Assembly (NCBI GenBank): GCA_963840855.1
Contig: CAWJBB010000051.1
Location: 32,001 to 96,000, forward strand
Reading direction: 5' to 3'
DNA from: an uncultured delta proteobacterium
GTDB taxonomy: Bacteria; Desulfobacterota; Binatia; UBA9968
DNA length: 64,000 bases
In this document: piece by piece, positions 44,793 through 56,337 of the stretch
Numbering within the stretch: the stretch's first letter is position 1
Layout of the letters: every line of letters starts with the position of its first letter
Notes under the pieces: generated by a model
Databases searched by the model: none
What the model saw: the letters and a program-made list of their open reading frames with translations, nothing else
What the model was told of the DNA's origin: nothing
Position numbers and translations under genes: made by a program

Positions 44793-46164
44793 CTATTGCA
44801 GCGCCGCCATCAACGCTTCACCGATCTTGTAGACATCTCCCGCGCCCAGGGTCAGCACGATATCGCCGTCTTTCACGGCTTCTCGCAGTGCCGTGACGAC
44901 GTCGTCCCTCGCCGCGATGTACTGCGCTTCGAGGTGGCCCTGCTTCTTGATCGCTTGGTACAAAGTTTCGCTGCTCACGCCGGCGATGGCATCCTCGCCC
45001 GCAGCGTAGATATCGGTGAGAATGAGCCGGTCAGCGCCGTCGAAGGCGGTGACAAAGTCATCGAAAAGATCCTGCGTGCGGCTGTAACGGTGCGGCTGAA
45101 AGACCACTGTCAGCGGCCGCTTCCAGCTGTCGCGAATGGCACCCACGGTGGCGCGGACTTCGGCGGGGTGATGGCCATAGTCGTCGATGACCATGACTCC
45201 TCTGGCCTCGCCTTTCACCTCGAAGCGGCGGTGAATGCCGGAGAAATCCGCCAGCGCATCGGCGACGCGCGCAAAAGGAATTTCCAACTCCCGGGCGACG
45301 GCCACCACGGCCAATGCGTTGGTTGCGCTGTGCCGTCCGAGCAGGCGCAAGTTTAAGGTCCCCAGGGCCCGGCCGCGATGGATCGACGGAGAATTCAACG
45401 CCGGCGCCGCTCATTTTGATTTCCTGCGCGGAAAAATCGGCGTCCGCCGAGAGCCCGTAAGTCACCGAGCGTTTTTTCACCTTGGGCAACAGCCCTTGCA
45501 CATTGGCGTTGTCCAGACACAAAACCGCGAGACCGTAGAATGGAATCTTATTGACAAAGTTCAAAAAGCTCTCGCTCAAGCGCTCCATCGTCTGATGGTA
45601 ATCCATATGCTCGCGGTCGATATTGGTCACCACCGCGATGGTCGGCGCCAGAAAGAGAAAACTGCCGTCGCTTTCATCCGCCTCCGCGACGATAAATTGG
45701 CCTTGGCCCATCTTGGCGTTGGTGCCGAGGCTGCGCACCCGGCCGCCGATCACCATGGTCGGATCGAGACCGGCGGCGCTGAGCACATGGGCGATCATCG
45801 ACGTCGTGGTGGTCTTGCCGTGGCTCCCGGCCACCGCTACCCCATATTTCGTGCGCATCAACTCGGCGAGCATTTCAGCGCGCGGAATCACCGGGATCTG
45901 GCGGCGGCGCGCCTCGAGCACTTCCGGATTGGAATATTTCACCGCCGTGGAGACCACCACCACCGTGGGATTCATCGCCAGGTTGTCCTCCTGGTGTCCG
46001 ACGAACACCCGCGCGCCCAAGGAGCGCAGCCGCGCCGTCGCTTCGCTATCGTGGAGATCGGAGCCCGTAACCGAATAACCCTCGTTCAGCAAAACTTCCG
46101 CTATGCCGCTCATGCCGATGCCGCCGATGCCGACGAAATGTATTTTATGTTTTTTGTGCAGCAT
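44793..46164 (-). CDS. murC: UDP-N-acetylmuramate--L-alanine ligase (frameshift near 45390)
   Basis: [23 protein letters not shown]; DDYGHHP in the second frame. Confidence 0.94.
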
Positions 46165-46186
46165 GACCTTCGCGCCAACGGGTAAA

Positions 46187-47269
46187 TCATCTGGGCGCCA
46201 GCGCATAGCATTCGTCGACTATCCGCGCCGCCGCCTCGGGCCGGCCCAAGCCACGGGCCGCCTGCGCCATCGCCAGCAGCCGGTCCGGCGCCGAGAAATA
46301 AAAGCGCAGCCGCCCCGCCAGCTTTGCGCCGCTCAGCTCTTGATCAAGAATCATCTCCGCCGCGCCGCCCGCCTCCAGGGCCTCAGCGTTACCGCGCTGG
46401 TGGTCGTAAATCGCGTAAGGATACGGCACTAAAATCGCCACCTTACCGAAGGCGGTGAGCTCCGCGACGGTGGTCGCGCCGGAGCGGCAAACGATGAGAT
46501 CGGCGCGCGCGTACGCTTCATCCATTTGGTCGATAAACGGCGACACTTCAGCTTCGAAGGAAAGCGTGGCGTATGCCTCTTTGATCGTGGCAAAGTCCGC
46601 CTGCCCGGTCTGGTGAATCACCCGGAGGCTGGGCGCCAGATCCACCAACAGATTCAGCGCGTCGATCATCGCAAAATTGATGCGGCGCGCGCCGGCGCTG
46701 CCGCCGAAAACTAACAGAGTGAACTTTTCGCCCTTGGCCACCGCGGGCAGGCTCCCCCAGCGCACGGGATTTCCCGTCGCCATCACTTTGGCCCCGGGAA
46801 AAAATTTCCCGCTGTCGGCGTATGAGGTAAACACGCGATCAACGAAGCGCGCCAATAATTTATTGGTAAAACCGGGGCGCAAATTTTGCTCCATGATGGC
46901 ACGGGGAATTCGCCGCACGGCGGCGGCAAGCAGCATTGGCCCGGAGGCATAACCGCCCAACCCGATGACGATGTCCGGACAAAACTCACCGATGATTTTG
47001 AGACAACGCAACAAACTTGCGGGGACACCGGTGACAGCATCGAGCACGCCGCGCGCGCCCCGGCCCTTCAGGCCTCTGACGGACAGTGTTTCCAGTTTGA
47101 AACCTTGCCGCGGCACCGCCCGCGCTTCGATCCCCTGCGCCGTACCAATAAATAGAATATCCGACATTGAATTCGAATTCTGCGCATCCCGCCGTTGAAA
47201 TTCCCGCGCCACGGCCAGCCCGGGGAAGAGATGGCCCCCGGTTCCCCCGCCGGCCAAAATCACGCGCAT
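46187..47269 (-). CDS. murG: Lipid II GlcNAc transferase
   Basis: GGGTGGH, GNPVR, GGSAGA, RSGATT. Confidence 0.96.
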   Translation of the reverse strand: MRVILAGGGTGGHLFPGLAVAREFQRRDAQNSNSMSDILFIGTAQGIEARAVPRQGFKLETLSVRGLKGRGARGVLDAVTGVPASLLRCLKIIGEFCPDIVIGLGGYASGPMLLAAAVRRIPRAIMEQNLRPGFTNKLLARFVDRVFTSYADSGKFFPGAKVMATGNPVRWGSLPAVAKGEKFTLLVFGGSAGARRINFAMIDALNLLVDLAPSLRVIHQTGQADFATIKEAYATLSFEAEVSPFIDQMDEAYARADLIVCRSGATTVAELTAFGKVAILVPYPYAIYDHQRGNAEALEAGGAAEMILDQELSGAKLAGRLRFYFSAPDRLLAMAQAARGLGRPEAAARIVDECYALAPR

Positions 47270-47271
47270 GG

Positions 47272-48366
47272 CTAGAGTCTCCGGCGCGAAAGACCCAATA
47301 AGATTCCGGCCTCCATCAAATTAATCACCAGGGCGGATCCACCGTAACTGATAAACGGCAGCACCAGCCCTTTGGCAGGCATTATTCCCGTCACCACTCC
47401 CATGTGAATCAATGCTTGCAGTCCCAACAACACCGTCAAACCGAACGCGAGATATTGCTCGAACGGCTCTTCGATTTTGCCGGTCAGCCTCATTCCTCGC
47501 GCGACGATCAGCCCGAATAACGCCAGCACCGCCAGCGCGCCCAAAAGGCCGATCTCCTCGCCGATGACCGAAAAAACGAAATCGGTGTGCGCCTCGGGCA
47601 GATAAAATAGCTTCTGGCGTCCCTCGCCCAGCCCGCGCCCCCAGAACTGCCCGGAACCAAAGGCGATGAGCGACTGAATGACTTGGAAGCCGGTGTTCTG
47701 CGGATCGCTCCAGGGATCTAAAAATGTTGTCAGCCGGCGCACGCGATAGGGAGCGATGAGCATGACGTAAACTAACGCGGGCAACGCCAACAGACCGGTA
47801 GCGAGCAAATGGGAAACGCGCACGCCGCCGATGAACAGCATCGAGTAGAGCAGCATGACGAGAATCAGCGCGGTGCCGAAGTCCGGCTCCAGAAGCAAAA
47901 GCCCCAGGCAAGCGCCGGTGACGATCAGATGCGGCAAGACGCCGATGGCAAAAGTTTTGATCCTGTCTTCCTTTTTGGCCATGGAATGAGCGAGATAAAT
48001 CACCAGCGCGAGCTTGGCCAGCTCCGCCGGTTGAAACCCGAAGCCGGCGAACGTTAGCCAGCGCCGCGCGCCGCCGCGCAGCGCGCCGATGCCGGGAATC
48101 AGGACCAGAATCAAGATCAGCAAGGTCAATCCCAATAGCGGATACGCCAGCCGCCGGTACGCCGGCGCCGACAAAAGCGAACAGGCGATCAATCCGATGA
48201 CGCCGGCGCCCAGGGCGATCAACTGCTTGCGGAAAAAGTAAGTGCCGTCGGCGAAGCGCTCGTCGGCGTAAAGATAACTGGTGCTGAGCACCATGGTCAC
48301 GCCCACCACGAGCAATCCAATGACGGCGATAAGCAGCCATTTGTCCACCGCGAATCCGTCTTTCAT
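47272..48366 (-). CDS. ftsW: SEDS polymerase FtsW
   Basis: GARRW, QPAE, LPEAHTDF, ISYGGS. Confidence 0.96.
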   Translation of the reverse strand: MKDGFAVDKWLLIAVIGLLVVGVTMVLSTSYLYADERFADGTYFFRKQLIALGAGVIGLIACSLLSAPAYRRLAYPLLGLTLLILILVLIPGIGALRGGARRWLTFAGFGFQPAELAKLALVIYLAHSMAKKEDRIKTFAIGVLPHLIVTGACLGLLLLEPDFGTALILVMLLYSMLFIGGVRVSHLLATGLLALPALVYVMLIAPYRVRRLTTFLDPWSDPQNTGFQVIQSLIAFGSGQFWGRGLGEGRQKLFYLPEAHTDFVFSVIGEEIGLLGALAVLALFGLIVARGMRLTGKIEEPFEQYLAFGLTVLLGLQALIHMGVVTGIMPAKGLVLPFISYGGSALVINLMEAGILLGLSRRRL

Positions 48367-49697
48367 AGGGCCTGCACCAAGTTCTTGAACAACCGGCCGC
48401 GCTCCGCGTAATTGCGAAACTGATCGAAACTCGAACAGGCCGGCGACAGGAGCACTACGTCGCCGGCGCGAGCCGCCGCGGCGGCGTCACCCACGGCAGC
48501 TGTCAGATTCTCCACGATTACCGTCTCCGTTAAAGTGCCCAGCGCGCGGGCGATAACATTTTTTGCGGCGCCGAACAGCACCAGACGGCGCACCTTGCGC
48601 TTGATCTCTTCCTCGAGGGGACCATAGTCGCCGCCTTTATCCACGCCCCCCGCAATCAGAATCACCGGGGCGGAAAAACCGGCCAGCGACTTCACCACCG
48701 CGCCCACGTTGGTTCCCTTGGAGTCGTTGTAGTAACTCACGCCATCCTTCTCGCGCACGAATTCGAGGCGGTGTTCGAGGCCGGGAAAGTTTTCCAGGGT
48801 CTGCTGGATCGGCTGGCGAGCAACGCCCGCCAGCTTGGCCGCGGCGACGGCCGCCATCATGTTCTCCACGTTGTGCACGCCTTGTATTTTCACATCCGCG
48901 AGCGGGAACCTTTCTTCGTTAGCACCATCGCGCCAGACGATCATGTTGGCGGTGGCGTACGCGCCTTCAGAAACCTCGGTGAATCCAAACGATATCACCC
49001 GCGCTTTCACGGTAGCTTTAAGCGCCCAGACCCGCGGATCCTCGCGATTGAGCACGGCGAAGTCGCCTTCAGACTGCGCCTCGAAAATTCTTTCCTTGGC
49101 GCGGCGGTAATCGTCGAAAGTTGCGTAGCGGTCCAGATGGTCTTCGGACACGTTTAGCAACCCCGCAATGCGCGGCCGGAAGCGCTCGATCCATTCCAGC
49201 TGGAAACTACTGATCTCGAGCACGCCCCAATCCCACTCCCCGGAAGCCGCCCCGATGAACGGCGTCCCGAGATTGCCGCCGACGAAAACTTTCTGGCCGC
49301 CGGCCTTAACCATTTCACCGATCAATGTCGTGGTCGTGCTTTTGCCGTTGGTGCCGGTGACCGCCACCAAGGGCGCAGGGAAAAATCGATACGCCAACTC
49401 GATTTCACTGAGCACCGGAATACCACTTGCCGCGGCTTCGCTAAGCAGCGGATTTTCCGCCGCTACGCCCGGACTCGGGATGACGCAGTCGATGGCTTCG
49501 AGCCAGCCGCGCTCTTCAGCGCCAAAAAAATAACGGATGGGCAACCCCGCGAGGCTTTTGACTTCGTCCTTGAGTTCCGCTTCCGGCCGCAAATCGCTCA
49601 CGGTCACGCTTGCCCCATGTTCAACCAGAAAGCGCGCGCACTCTCTGCCCGTGCGCGCCAGTCCGATGACCAAAACCTTTTTGCCTTTGAGCTCCAT
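48363..49697 (-). CDS. murD: UDP-MurNAc-Ala--D-glutamate ligase
   Basis: GTNGKSTT, DHLDRY, NDSKGTN, SPACSSFD. Confidence 0.96.
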   Translation of the reverse strand: MELKGKKVLVIGLARTGRECARFLVEHGASVTVSDLRPEAELKDEVKSLAGLPIRYFFGAEERGWLEAIDCVIPSPGVAAENPLLSEAAASGIPVLSEIELAYRFFPAPLVAVTGTNGKSTTTTLIGEMVKAGGQKVFVGGNLGTPFIGAASGEWDWGVLEISSFQLEWIERFRPRIAGLLNVSEDHLDRYATFDDYRRAKERIFEAQSEGDFAVLNREDPRVWALKATVKARVISFGFTEVSEGAYATANMIVWRDGANEERFPLADVKIQGVHNVENMMAAVAAAKLAGVARQPIQQTLENFPGLEHRLEFVREKDGVSYYNDSKGTNVGAVVKSLAGFSAPVILIAGGVDKGGDYGPLEEEIKRKVRRLVLFGAAKNVIARALGTLTETVIVENLTAAVGDAAAAARAGDVVLLSPACSSFDQFRNYAERGRLFKNLVQAL

Positions 49698-49712
49698 ACA
49701 TCGCCGCGGCCG

Positions 49713-50789
49713 TCACCTGAGCTTGAGCGTGCTCAGACCGATTACCGCGCAAATAAAAGAAATGATCCAGAAGCGCACGATGATCTGCGGCTCTGCCCAG
49801 CCTTTGAGCTCATAGTGGTGATGAATCGGCGCCATGAGAAAAATGCGTTTACGCCTGAACTTGTAGGAAATGACCTGAAAAATCACCGAACAGGCCTCCA
49901 GTACAAACACGCCGCCAACGATGATCAGGAGCACTTCGTTTTTGGTCATCACGGCGACGATGCCCAGCGCCGCCCCCAGTGAGAGCGAGCCCATGTCGCC
50001 CATGAACATTTGCGCCGGATAGGCGTTGAACCAGAGAAAGCCCAAACCGGCGGCCACCATGGCAGCGCAGAAGACGCTGATTTCACCGACGCCCGCGACA
50101 TAAGGAATCTGGAGATACTCCGCCAAATTCCGGTGCCCCGTCACATACGCGATCACCGCGTAGGTGCCGGCGGAAATCATCACCGGGCCGATGGCCAGCC
50201 CATCGAGTCCGTCCGTAAGGTTCACCGCGTTGGACGCGCCGACAATCACCAGGGCAGCGAACGGAATATAATAGATACCGAGGTCGGGACGGATATTCTT
50301 TATGAAAGGAATACCGATCGCGGTGCTGAACCTGGGGAAAAAATAAAGCGCCGCCGCCACCGCCAAGGCGATGCTGAATTGACCGATGAGTTTCGCGCGC
50401 TTGCTGAGGCCTTTGCTGTTTTTCTTGGAAAGCTTCAAATAGTCATCGAGAAACCCCACCGCTCCGAAGCCCACCGTGCCCAGCAACGCGATCCACACAT
50501 AGAGGTTGGCAAGGTCTGCGAGCAGCAATGTCGCCAGCGTCAAAGCCAGGAGAATCAGCGCGCCGCCCATGGTCGGGGTGCCGGCTTTGACCGAATGAGA
50601 GGCCGGACCGTCGTCACGAATCTGTTGGCCGATCTGCTTGCGCGTCAACGCGCGGATCAACCACGGTCCCGTCAAAAGTGACACGAGCAGCGCCAACAAG
50701 GCCGCCATGGCGGCGCGAAAGGTGATATAGCGAAAGACGTTGAAGCCGGTGTAGGTCGTGTGCAGGGAAAACAATATATAATAAAGCAC
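49713..50789 (-). CDS. mraY: Phospho-MurNAc-pentapeptide transferase
   Basis: [24 protein letters not shown]. Confidence 0.97.
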   Translation of the reverse strand: MLYYILFSLHTTYTGFNVFRYITFRAAMAALLALLVSLLTGPWLIRALTRKQIGQQIRDDGPASHSVKAGTPTMGGALILLALTLATLLLADLANLYVWIALLGTVGFGAVGFLDDYLKLSKKNSKGLSKRAKLIGQFSIALAVAAALYFFPRFSTAIGIPFIKNIRPDLGIYYIPFAALVIVGASNAVNLTDGLDGLAIGPVMISAGTYAVIAYVTGHRNLAEYLQIPYVAGVGEISVFCAAMVAAGLGFLWFNAYPAQMFMGDMGSLSLGAALGIVAVMTKNEVLLIIVGGVFVLEACSVIFQVISYKFRRKRIFLMAPIHHHYELKGWAEPQIIVRFWIISFICAVIGLSTLKLR

Positions 50790-50799
50790 TGCCTTTTCC

Positions 50800-52273
50800 T
50801 CAGTCTTTGCCTTTCAACGCATCCAAGACTTTTTCCATCTTCATGCCCCGCGAACCTTTGATCAGCAGCCAGTCGCCCGTTTGAACGTGACCTCTCAGCT
50901 GCCGCGCCACAGCGCCATGGTCTTTGCCGATGATAATCTTTTCCTCGCCCATGCCGCCGCTGCGCGCGCCAGCCTTGACCAACGCCGCCTGGGGTCCGAG
51001 GAGATAGAGCCGGTCGATGCGCTCTTTCGCCACCCGTTTGCCGAGCTCTCGGTGCTCCCGTCCACTGGCTTTTCCCAGTTCGAACATGTCGCCCAGGATG
51101 GCGATCTTCTCGCCCTTTCCACCCATGGCCGCCAGCGTCTTCAGCGCCGCCTCCATCGATGCGGGGTTGGCGTTGTAGGCATCGTTGATGATGCCGGCGC
51201 CGCGCCATGAATGGGCTTCCATGCGCATGGCATAGGGCTTGGCCTTTTCCAGGCCGCGTCGAATGGCAGCGAAACTCGCGCCTAGGCCAAGCGCCAGCGC
51301 CGCCGCCCCTACGGCGTTACTGACATTGTGCCGCCCCAGATAGCGCAGTCTTACTGGGCAGCGCCGGGCCCCCGCGCAGAGCATAAAACGCGTCCCTTGC
51401 GCATCCACGGGCCGCACCCTTTCAGCCCGCACCGAGCCGCGTCGTCCATAGGAGATTTTTCGCCCTTTGAATTTCGCGCCCAACCGGCGCACCCGCGGAT
51501 CATCGAGATTCACCGCGATGGTGCCGCCAGGACGCAGATTGCGAAACAACTCGCCTTTTTCCCGAGCCACCCCCGCCAGACTGTTCAATCCTTCGAGATG
51601 GGCCGCGGCAACGGCCGTGATGATGCCCATGTCCGGCCTAGCGATCTCGGCGAGCCGCTGAACTTCTCCTGGACGGTTGGTGCCGATTTCGACGATGGCA
51701 ACTTTGTGCGACGGGCGCAGCCTGAGGAGAGTCAACGGCAGGCCGACGAGATTGTTGAAGTTGCCTTCAGTCTTGAGAACTTTGCCGCGCAATCTTCGGC
51801 CGTTCAAGACCGCTTCAGCAAGGATCGCCGCGGCCATTTCCTTGGTCGTCGTTTTGCCATTGGAGCCGGTTATGGCGACTACCTTGGGCGCAAATTTTTG
51901 GCGGCGATAATGGGCCAAATCGCCCAGCGCCCTGAGCGTATCGCCCACACGCACGATGGTGGCGTTGGGCGCAACCGGCGCGCCTGTGGTGAGCCGCGTC
52001 GAACCACCTGTGGTGAGCCGCGTCGAACCACCTAGTGATGAGCTTAGTCGAACCAGGCACGGCGCGATGGATGATAACACAGGCGGCGCCGCGCTTGAGG
52101 GCTTCCGGAACGAAGCGATGGCCATCTAGGCGCTCCCCTTTCAGAGCGACGAAAACCGATCCCTTTTTGACCTTGCTCGAATCCGTCACGACTTCGCCAA
52201 ATAGGTTTTGCTTTGCCTCCCGCGCGATCCTACCGCCGGTGGCCGCGAGGATTTCCTTTTTCGTCCAGGACAT
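50800..52273 (-). CDS. murF: UDP-MurNAc-tripeptide--D-Ala-D-Ala ligase (REP-like insertion, frameshift near 52034)
   Basis: DGHRF in 51815..52273; [26 protein letters not shown] in 50800..52125. Confidence 0.93.
51983..52055. repeat. Three tandem REP-like palindromic units inside murF
   Basis: cctgtggtgagccgcgtcgaacca twice (24 bp) plus cctagtgatgagcttagtcgaacca (25 bp). Confidence 0.85.
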
Positions 52274-52394
52274 GTTTTTTTTGAGTCACCGTCAAGCTCA
52301 CCATCGTTTCCGCGCCTCGTCACTACGGCGCGGCGAAAAATTCAGTTCAAGGTTCAAGGTAGAAAAACTCGGACTCAAGATCGGAACCGCAGAC

Positions 52395-53930
52395 TTAGAG
52401 TGCGGCCAGTTCCTCCCGCGCCACTTCCCGGTCATCGAAATGAATTTTCTCCGTGCCGAGAATCTGGTAGTCCTCATGTCCTTTGCCGGCGATCAATACC
52501 AGATCGCCCGGCCGCGCCGAGCGGAGCGCGATCCGAATCGCTGCATGGCGGTCCGCTTCCACCCAGTAACCATTCTCCACTTCGGGTTTCGGGTTGCCGA
52601 TTTTGCTTTTCGGCCCGGAAATTTTTCTTTTGCCGCTTTTGCCCAGGCCCGCTTCGATCTCGGCGATAATGCTCATAGGCTCTTCACTGCGCGGGTTATC
52701 TGAGGTCACGATCGCGATATCGCTCAGCCGCGCGGCAATCTCGCCCATGACCGGTCGCTTGCCGCGGTCCCGATCGCCACCGCAGCCAAACACCGCGAAG
52801 ACTCTGCCTTGCGTCAGCGGCCGCACCGCGGTGAGAACTTTTTCCAGCGCGTCCGGCGTATGGGCATAATCCACCAGCACTGAAACACCCCGTTGGTTTT
52901 CGACTTTCTCCAACCGGCCGGGAACTGTCTTTAGGCGCTCGATGCCGGCGGCGATCGCATCGGACGGCAGCCCCAACGCACAGGCCACGCCTGTCGCGCC
53001 CAGAATATTCTGTAGGTTGGCCGCGCCAATCATTGACGACGCGAACTCAAGGGTGCGTTCCTTGGCGCGGATCTTTCCCCGCAGACCCGCCACGTCGCTT
53101 TCGACTTCCAATGGATGGACATCCCACTGAGGTCCTTCGCCGTAACTCCAGATATCTATCCGTTTGGCGCGGATCGTTTCGATCAGCTCAGCGCCCCGCG
53201 GGTCCGCGCCGTAGATCACCGCGCTTCTCTCCGGCTTGGCGCTGCTCGCCAGATGATCCGTGAAAAGCTTGCTCTTGGCGGCGAAATAATCGTCCATGTC
53301 CACGTGGTAATCGAGATGATCGCGGGAAAGATTCGTAAACAATGCCGCGTCGAACTCCAGGCCGCGCACTCGCTCCTGCGCCAGCGCATGGGAGGAAACT
53401 TCCAGCACCACTGCTTTTGCTCCCCCCTCCAACATCTCCGCCATGAGCATTTCCAGGTCGAGGGATTCCGGCGTGGTATGGTGCGATGGAACCTCATGGC
53501 CCTGGTAGCGGTAATTGATTGTGCCGATGACCCCCGGCGCCAGGCCCGCCGCCGCGGCGATGGATTCCACTAGATAACTGCAAGTCGTTTTCCCATTCGT
53601 CCCGGTAATGCCAACGAGCTTCAACCGGCGGCTGGGGGCGCCGAAAAAATGCGCCGACCAACATCCCAATGCGTGGCGCACGTCGCGCACGCGAATCAAG
53701 ACCGTGCCGTCGGGACGCGGTACCGGCTGCGCCACCACCAGCGCCGCGGCGCCGCGGCCGGTGGCTTGCTGCAGAAAATCATGGCCGTCGGTTTTTTCGC
53801 CGCGAATGGCAAAGAAGACATACTCTGCACCCACCTGACGCGAGTCGTAGGCCAATCCCGCCACTTCTCGCTCTATGTCGCCTTCGACTGCTTCGATCTC
53901 CCCCAGGGCCAGCAACTCTCTAAGACGCAT
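52395..53930 (-). CDS. murE: UDP-MurNAc-dipeptide--DAP ligase
   Basis: GTNGKTT, TTPE, DYAHTPD, DNPR (mDAP-type), AGKGHE. Confidence 0.96.
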   Translation of the reverse strand: MRLRELLALGEIEAVEGDIEREVAGLAYDSRQVGAEYVFFAIRGEKTDGHDFLQQATGRGAAALVVAQPVPRPDGTVLIRVRDVRHALGCWSAHFFGAPSRRLKLVGITGTNGKTTCSYLVESIAAAAGLAPGVIGTINYRYQGHEVPSHHTTPESLDLEMLMAEMLEGGAKAVVLEVSSHALAQERVRGLEFDAALFTNLSRDHLDYHVDMDDYFAAKSKLFTDHLASSAKPERSAVIYGADPRGAELIETIRAKRIDIWSYGEGPQWDVHPLEVESDVAGLRGKIRAKERTLEFASSMIGAANLQNILGATGVACALGLPSDAIAAGIERLKTVPGRLEKVENQRGVSVLVDYAHTPDALEKVLTAVRPLTQGRVFAVFGCGGDRDRGKRPVMGEIAARLSDIAIVTSDNPRSEEPMSIIAEIEAGLGKSGKRKISGPKSKIGNPKPEVENGYWVEADRHAAIRIALRSARPGDLVLIAGKGHEDYQILGTEKIHFDDREVAREELAAL

Positions 53931-53936
53931 CGTCTC

Positions 53937-55889
53937 TCACCCTTGCAGATTGAGAACCAATTCCCGGCTGTCGTTCCAAACCGCCCCCGGAAGCGGCTGC
54001 TGTTTGATCACATGACCATGCCCATGCATTTTGACGCTGACCTTGATGGCGCGCGCTTTTTCCACGGCCTCGCGCAGACTAAGTCCGAGGAAGTCCGGCG
54101 CTCCGTTCTGAGGGCCGCCGCCGTCCGGAGTCGCTTCTTTCGTTAGTGCCCGCCGTAGCCGTAGCTCCGCGGGGCCGGCCGTTGCCGGCATGGGGTCGGT
54201 CTTGCCTGACGCCACTGCCAGATGGCGCAGCGCGCCGCGGGCAATGTTGCCAAACGCAGGCGCGGCGACAACGCCGCCATAGACGCTCGCCTCCGGCTCG
54301 TCCACCACTACCATCACCACCAAACACGGCTCGTCCGCCGGCACGAACCCGACGAAAGACGCCACGCGCTTTTTGGAGTAACCGCCATGAACCAGGTCGG
54401 CCTTCTGCGAGGTGCCGGTCTTGCCCGCGACGTCAAAGCCTTCCAGGCTCGCCATCTTACCGGTGCCGCCGTCACTGGTAACTTCCTTGAGCATCGAGGC
54501 CAATGCGCGCGCGGCTTTTTCCGAGATGACGCGGCGCACGACACGGGGTTGGTTCTCTAACAACACTTCGCCTTTAGGGCCGGTGACCCGTTGCACCACG
54601 TAGGGCCGCATAAGAAAGCCGCCGTTGGCCACCGCCGCGTAGGCCATCGCCATTTGCAGCGGCGTTACCGATATTCCCTGCCCGAAAGCATGGGTCGCAA
54701 GGTCGATGGCCGCCCAGGATTGATGGTTGCGTAAAATCCCCGCGACTTCGCCGGGCATATCGACGCCGGTCACTTTGCCAAAGCCGAATTTTTCGATGTA
54801 GCCGAAGTAACGTTCTTTCTTGAGCTTCTCCGCAACCTTGGTAAAACAAATATTGCTCGACACCTGGAGAATCTTGGAAAAAGGCAACCAACCGTGGGGA
54901 TGGGTATCATGGATAGTCCTGCCGGCGTAGGCATACCTGCCCATCTCGCAATAAAATAAGTCCTCTTTGCCGACCACCCCTTCTTCTAGAACCGCCGCCG
55001 CGAGAATGGTCTTGAACGTCGAGCCAGGTTCGTAACTGTCCGCTATCGCCCGGTTGCGCGCGCGCTCCTTGCCCTGTTTGGCAAACATGTTGGGATCGAA
55101 CGATGGATAGTTGGCCAGCGCCAACAGCTCGCCGGTGAAGGGCTCGACCACGATCGCAACACCCGCCTTGGCGCGGTTTTTAACGATAGCCGCTTCCAGC
55201 TCTTTTTCAGCCAGATGTTGAATCGCGCTGTGCAAAGTGAGGTGAAGATCCGCGCCGGGAGGAATGCGAAATTCTTCGACCCCTTGGACCAGGACGCTGC
55301 GTCTCTTGGCATCGAACTCGATCAACGACGAACCCGCCTCGCCGCGGATATAGTCGTTATACTGGAGTTCCAATCCTTCCAGCCCTTCGGAATCCCGGTT
55401 GACAAATCCGAGCACCTGGCCGGCGATTTGCCCCTGCGGATAAAAGCGATTCGGCTCAAAGGACATCTCCACGCCTTTGGCATTGAATTTCTGGATTTGC
55501 TCCGCTTCCTGCGGTGTAATCTGGCGTTTGATCCAGACAAAGGATTTGTCTGAGTCGAGGCTTTTTCGCACGTCGTTTGGTTTCAAACGCAAAATTTCCG
55601 CGAGTTCATTAGCCACGCTGGTCTTATCTTTGACCCTGCGTGGATGCGCGCCCACGGACTGCGCCACGAGACTGACCGCCAGCGAGTCGCCGGAACGGTC
55701 CAATACAGCGCCGCGCTTCGGCAGCGAGGTCATCATTTTCAGCTGCTGCGCCTCGCCGAGACGGCGCAGTTCTTGCCCGCGCACCACCTGCAACTGGAAC
55801 GCGCGGCCGCCCACAACCACGAAAAAAAGCAGGAACACTATCTTCGCCATGCCCAGGCGAAATTTTATTTCTTTAAACGAGCGCCTCAT
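53937..55889 (-). CDS. ftsI: Penicillin-binding protein 3 with PASTA domain
   Basis: STFK, SSN, KTG motifs. Confidence 0.94.
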   Translation of the reverse strand: MRRSFKEIKFRLGMAKIVFLLFFVVVGGRAFQLQVVRGQELRRLGEAQQLKMMTSLPKRGAVLDRSGDSLAVSLVAQSVGAHPRRVKDKTSVANELAEILRLKPNDVRKSLDSDKSFVWIKRQITPQEAEQIQKFNAKGVEMSFEPNRFYPQGQIAGQVLGFVNRDSEGLEGLELQYNDYIRGEAGSSLIEFDAKRRSVLVQGVEEFRIPPGADLHLTLHSAIQHLAEKELEAAIVKNRAKAGVAIVVEPFTGELLALANYPSFDPNMFAKQGKERARNRAIADSYEPGSTFKTILAAAVLEEGVVGKEDLFYCEMGRYAYAGRTIHDTHPHGWLPFSKILQVSSNICFTKVAEKLKKERYFGYIEKFGFGKVTGVDMPGEVAGILRNHQSWAAIDLATHAFGQGISVTPLQMAMAYAAVANGGFLMRPYVVQRVTGPKGEVLLENQPRVVRRVISEKAARALASMLKEVTSDGGTGKMASLEGFDVAGKTGTSQKADLVHGGYSKKRVASFVGFVPADEPCLVVMVVVDEPEASVYGGVVAAPAFGNIARGALRHLAVASGKTDPMPATAGPAELRLRRALTKEATPDGGGPQNGAPDFLGLSLREAVEKARAIKVSVKMHGHGHVIKQQPLPGAVWNDSRELVLNLQG

Positions 55890-56233
55890 GGCAGCACGAT
55901 CACCTGCCCCTTTTCCGGCGGGCGCAAACCCAAGCGCTGGCGTGCCATCGCTTCCAACCGTTCGGGAGATGTCAACGTCGCATGCTCCACCCTGAGTTCA
56001 CGCTGCTCCTGCTCCAGCCGCTCGTGCAGCTTGGTGGTTGCCGACAGCACATAGCCGTGATTGACCACCTGCAAACGCAGCCACACATTCAGCAATACCA
56101 CCAATGCAAAGCAAAACAGAACGACGCCGTAGCGCAGCACGCGCCGTCTAAGTTCGATCCGCGCGGCGCGGTCGGACCGCGCGTTTTTAACGGTGCTGAC
56201 CCGGGCGACTTGGCTGCGTTGGGCGATGGCCAT
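55886..56233 (-). CDS. ftsL: Cell division protein FtsL
   Basis: TM plus coiled coil, SPERLE..AR..LGL; position in cluster. Confidence 0.88.
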   Translation of the reverse strand: MAIAQRSQVARVSTVKNARSDRAARIELRRRVLRYGVVLFCFALVVLLNVWLRLQVVNHGYVLSATTKLHERLEQEQRELRVEHATLTSPERLEAMARQRLGLRPPEKGQVIVLP

Positions 56234-56337
56234 GATGACAATTTAATTCAAATGTCAGTGCGCCATTTATGCATCGTCAATTTGCCGCGCTCTCACGACA
56301 TTTTGGATTTTGCAATGTGCGTTTCCTCAGCCACTTT

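Noticed and set aside
51983-52055. Possible mini-CRISPR
   Set aside because: Units are contiguous with no spacers, lie inside murF, and no cas genes are present.
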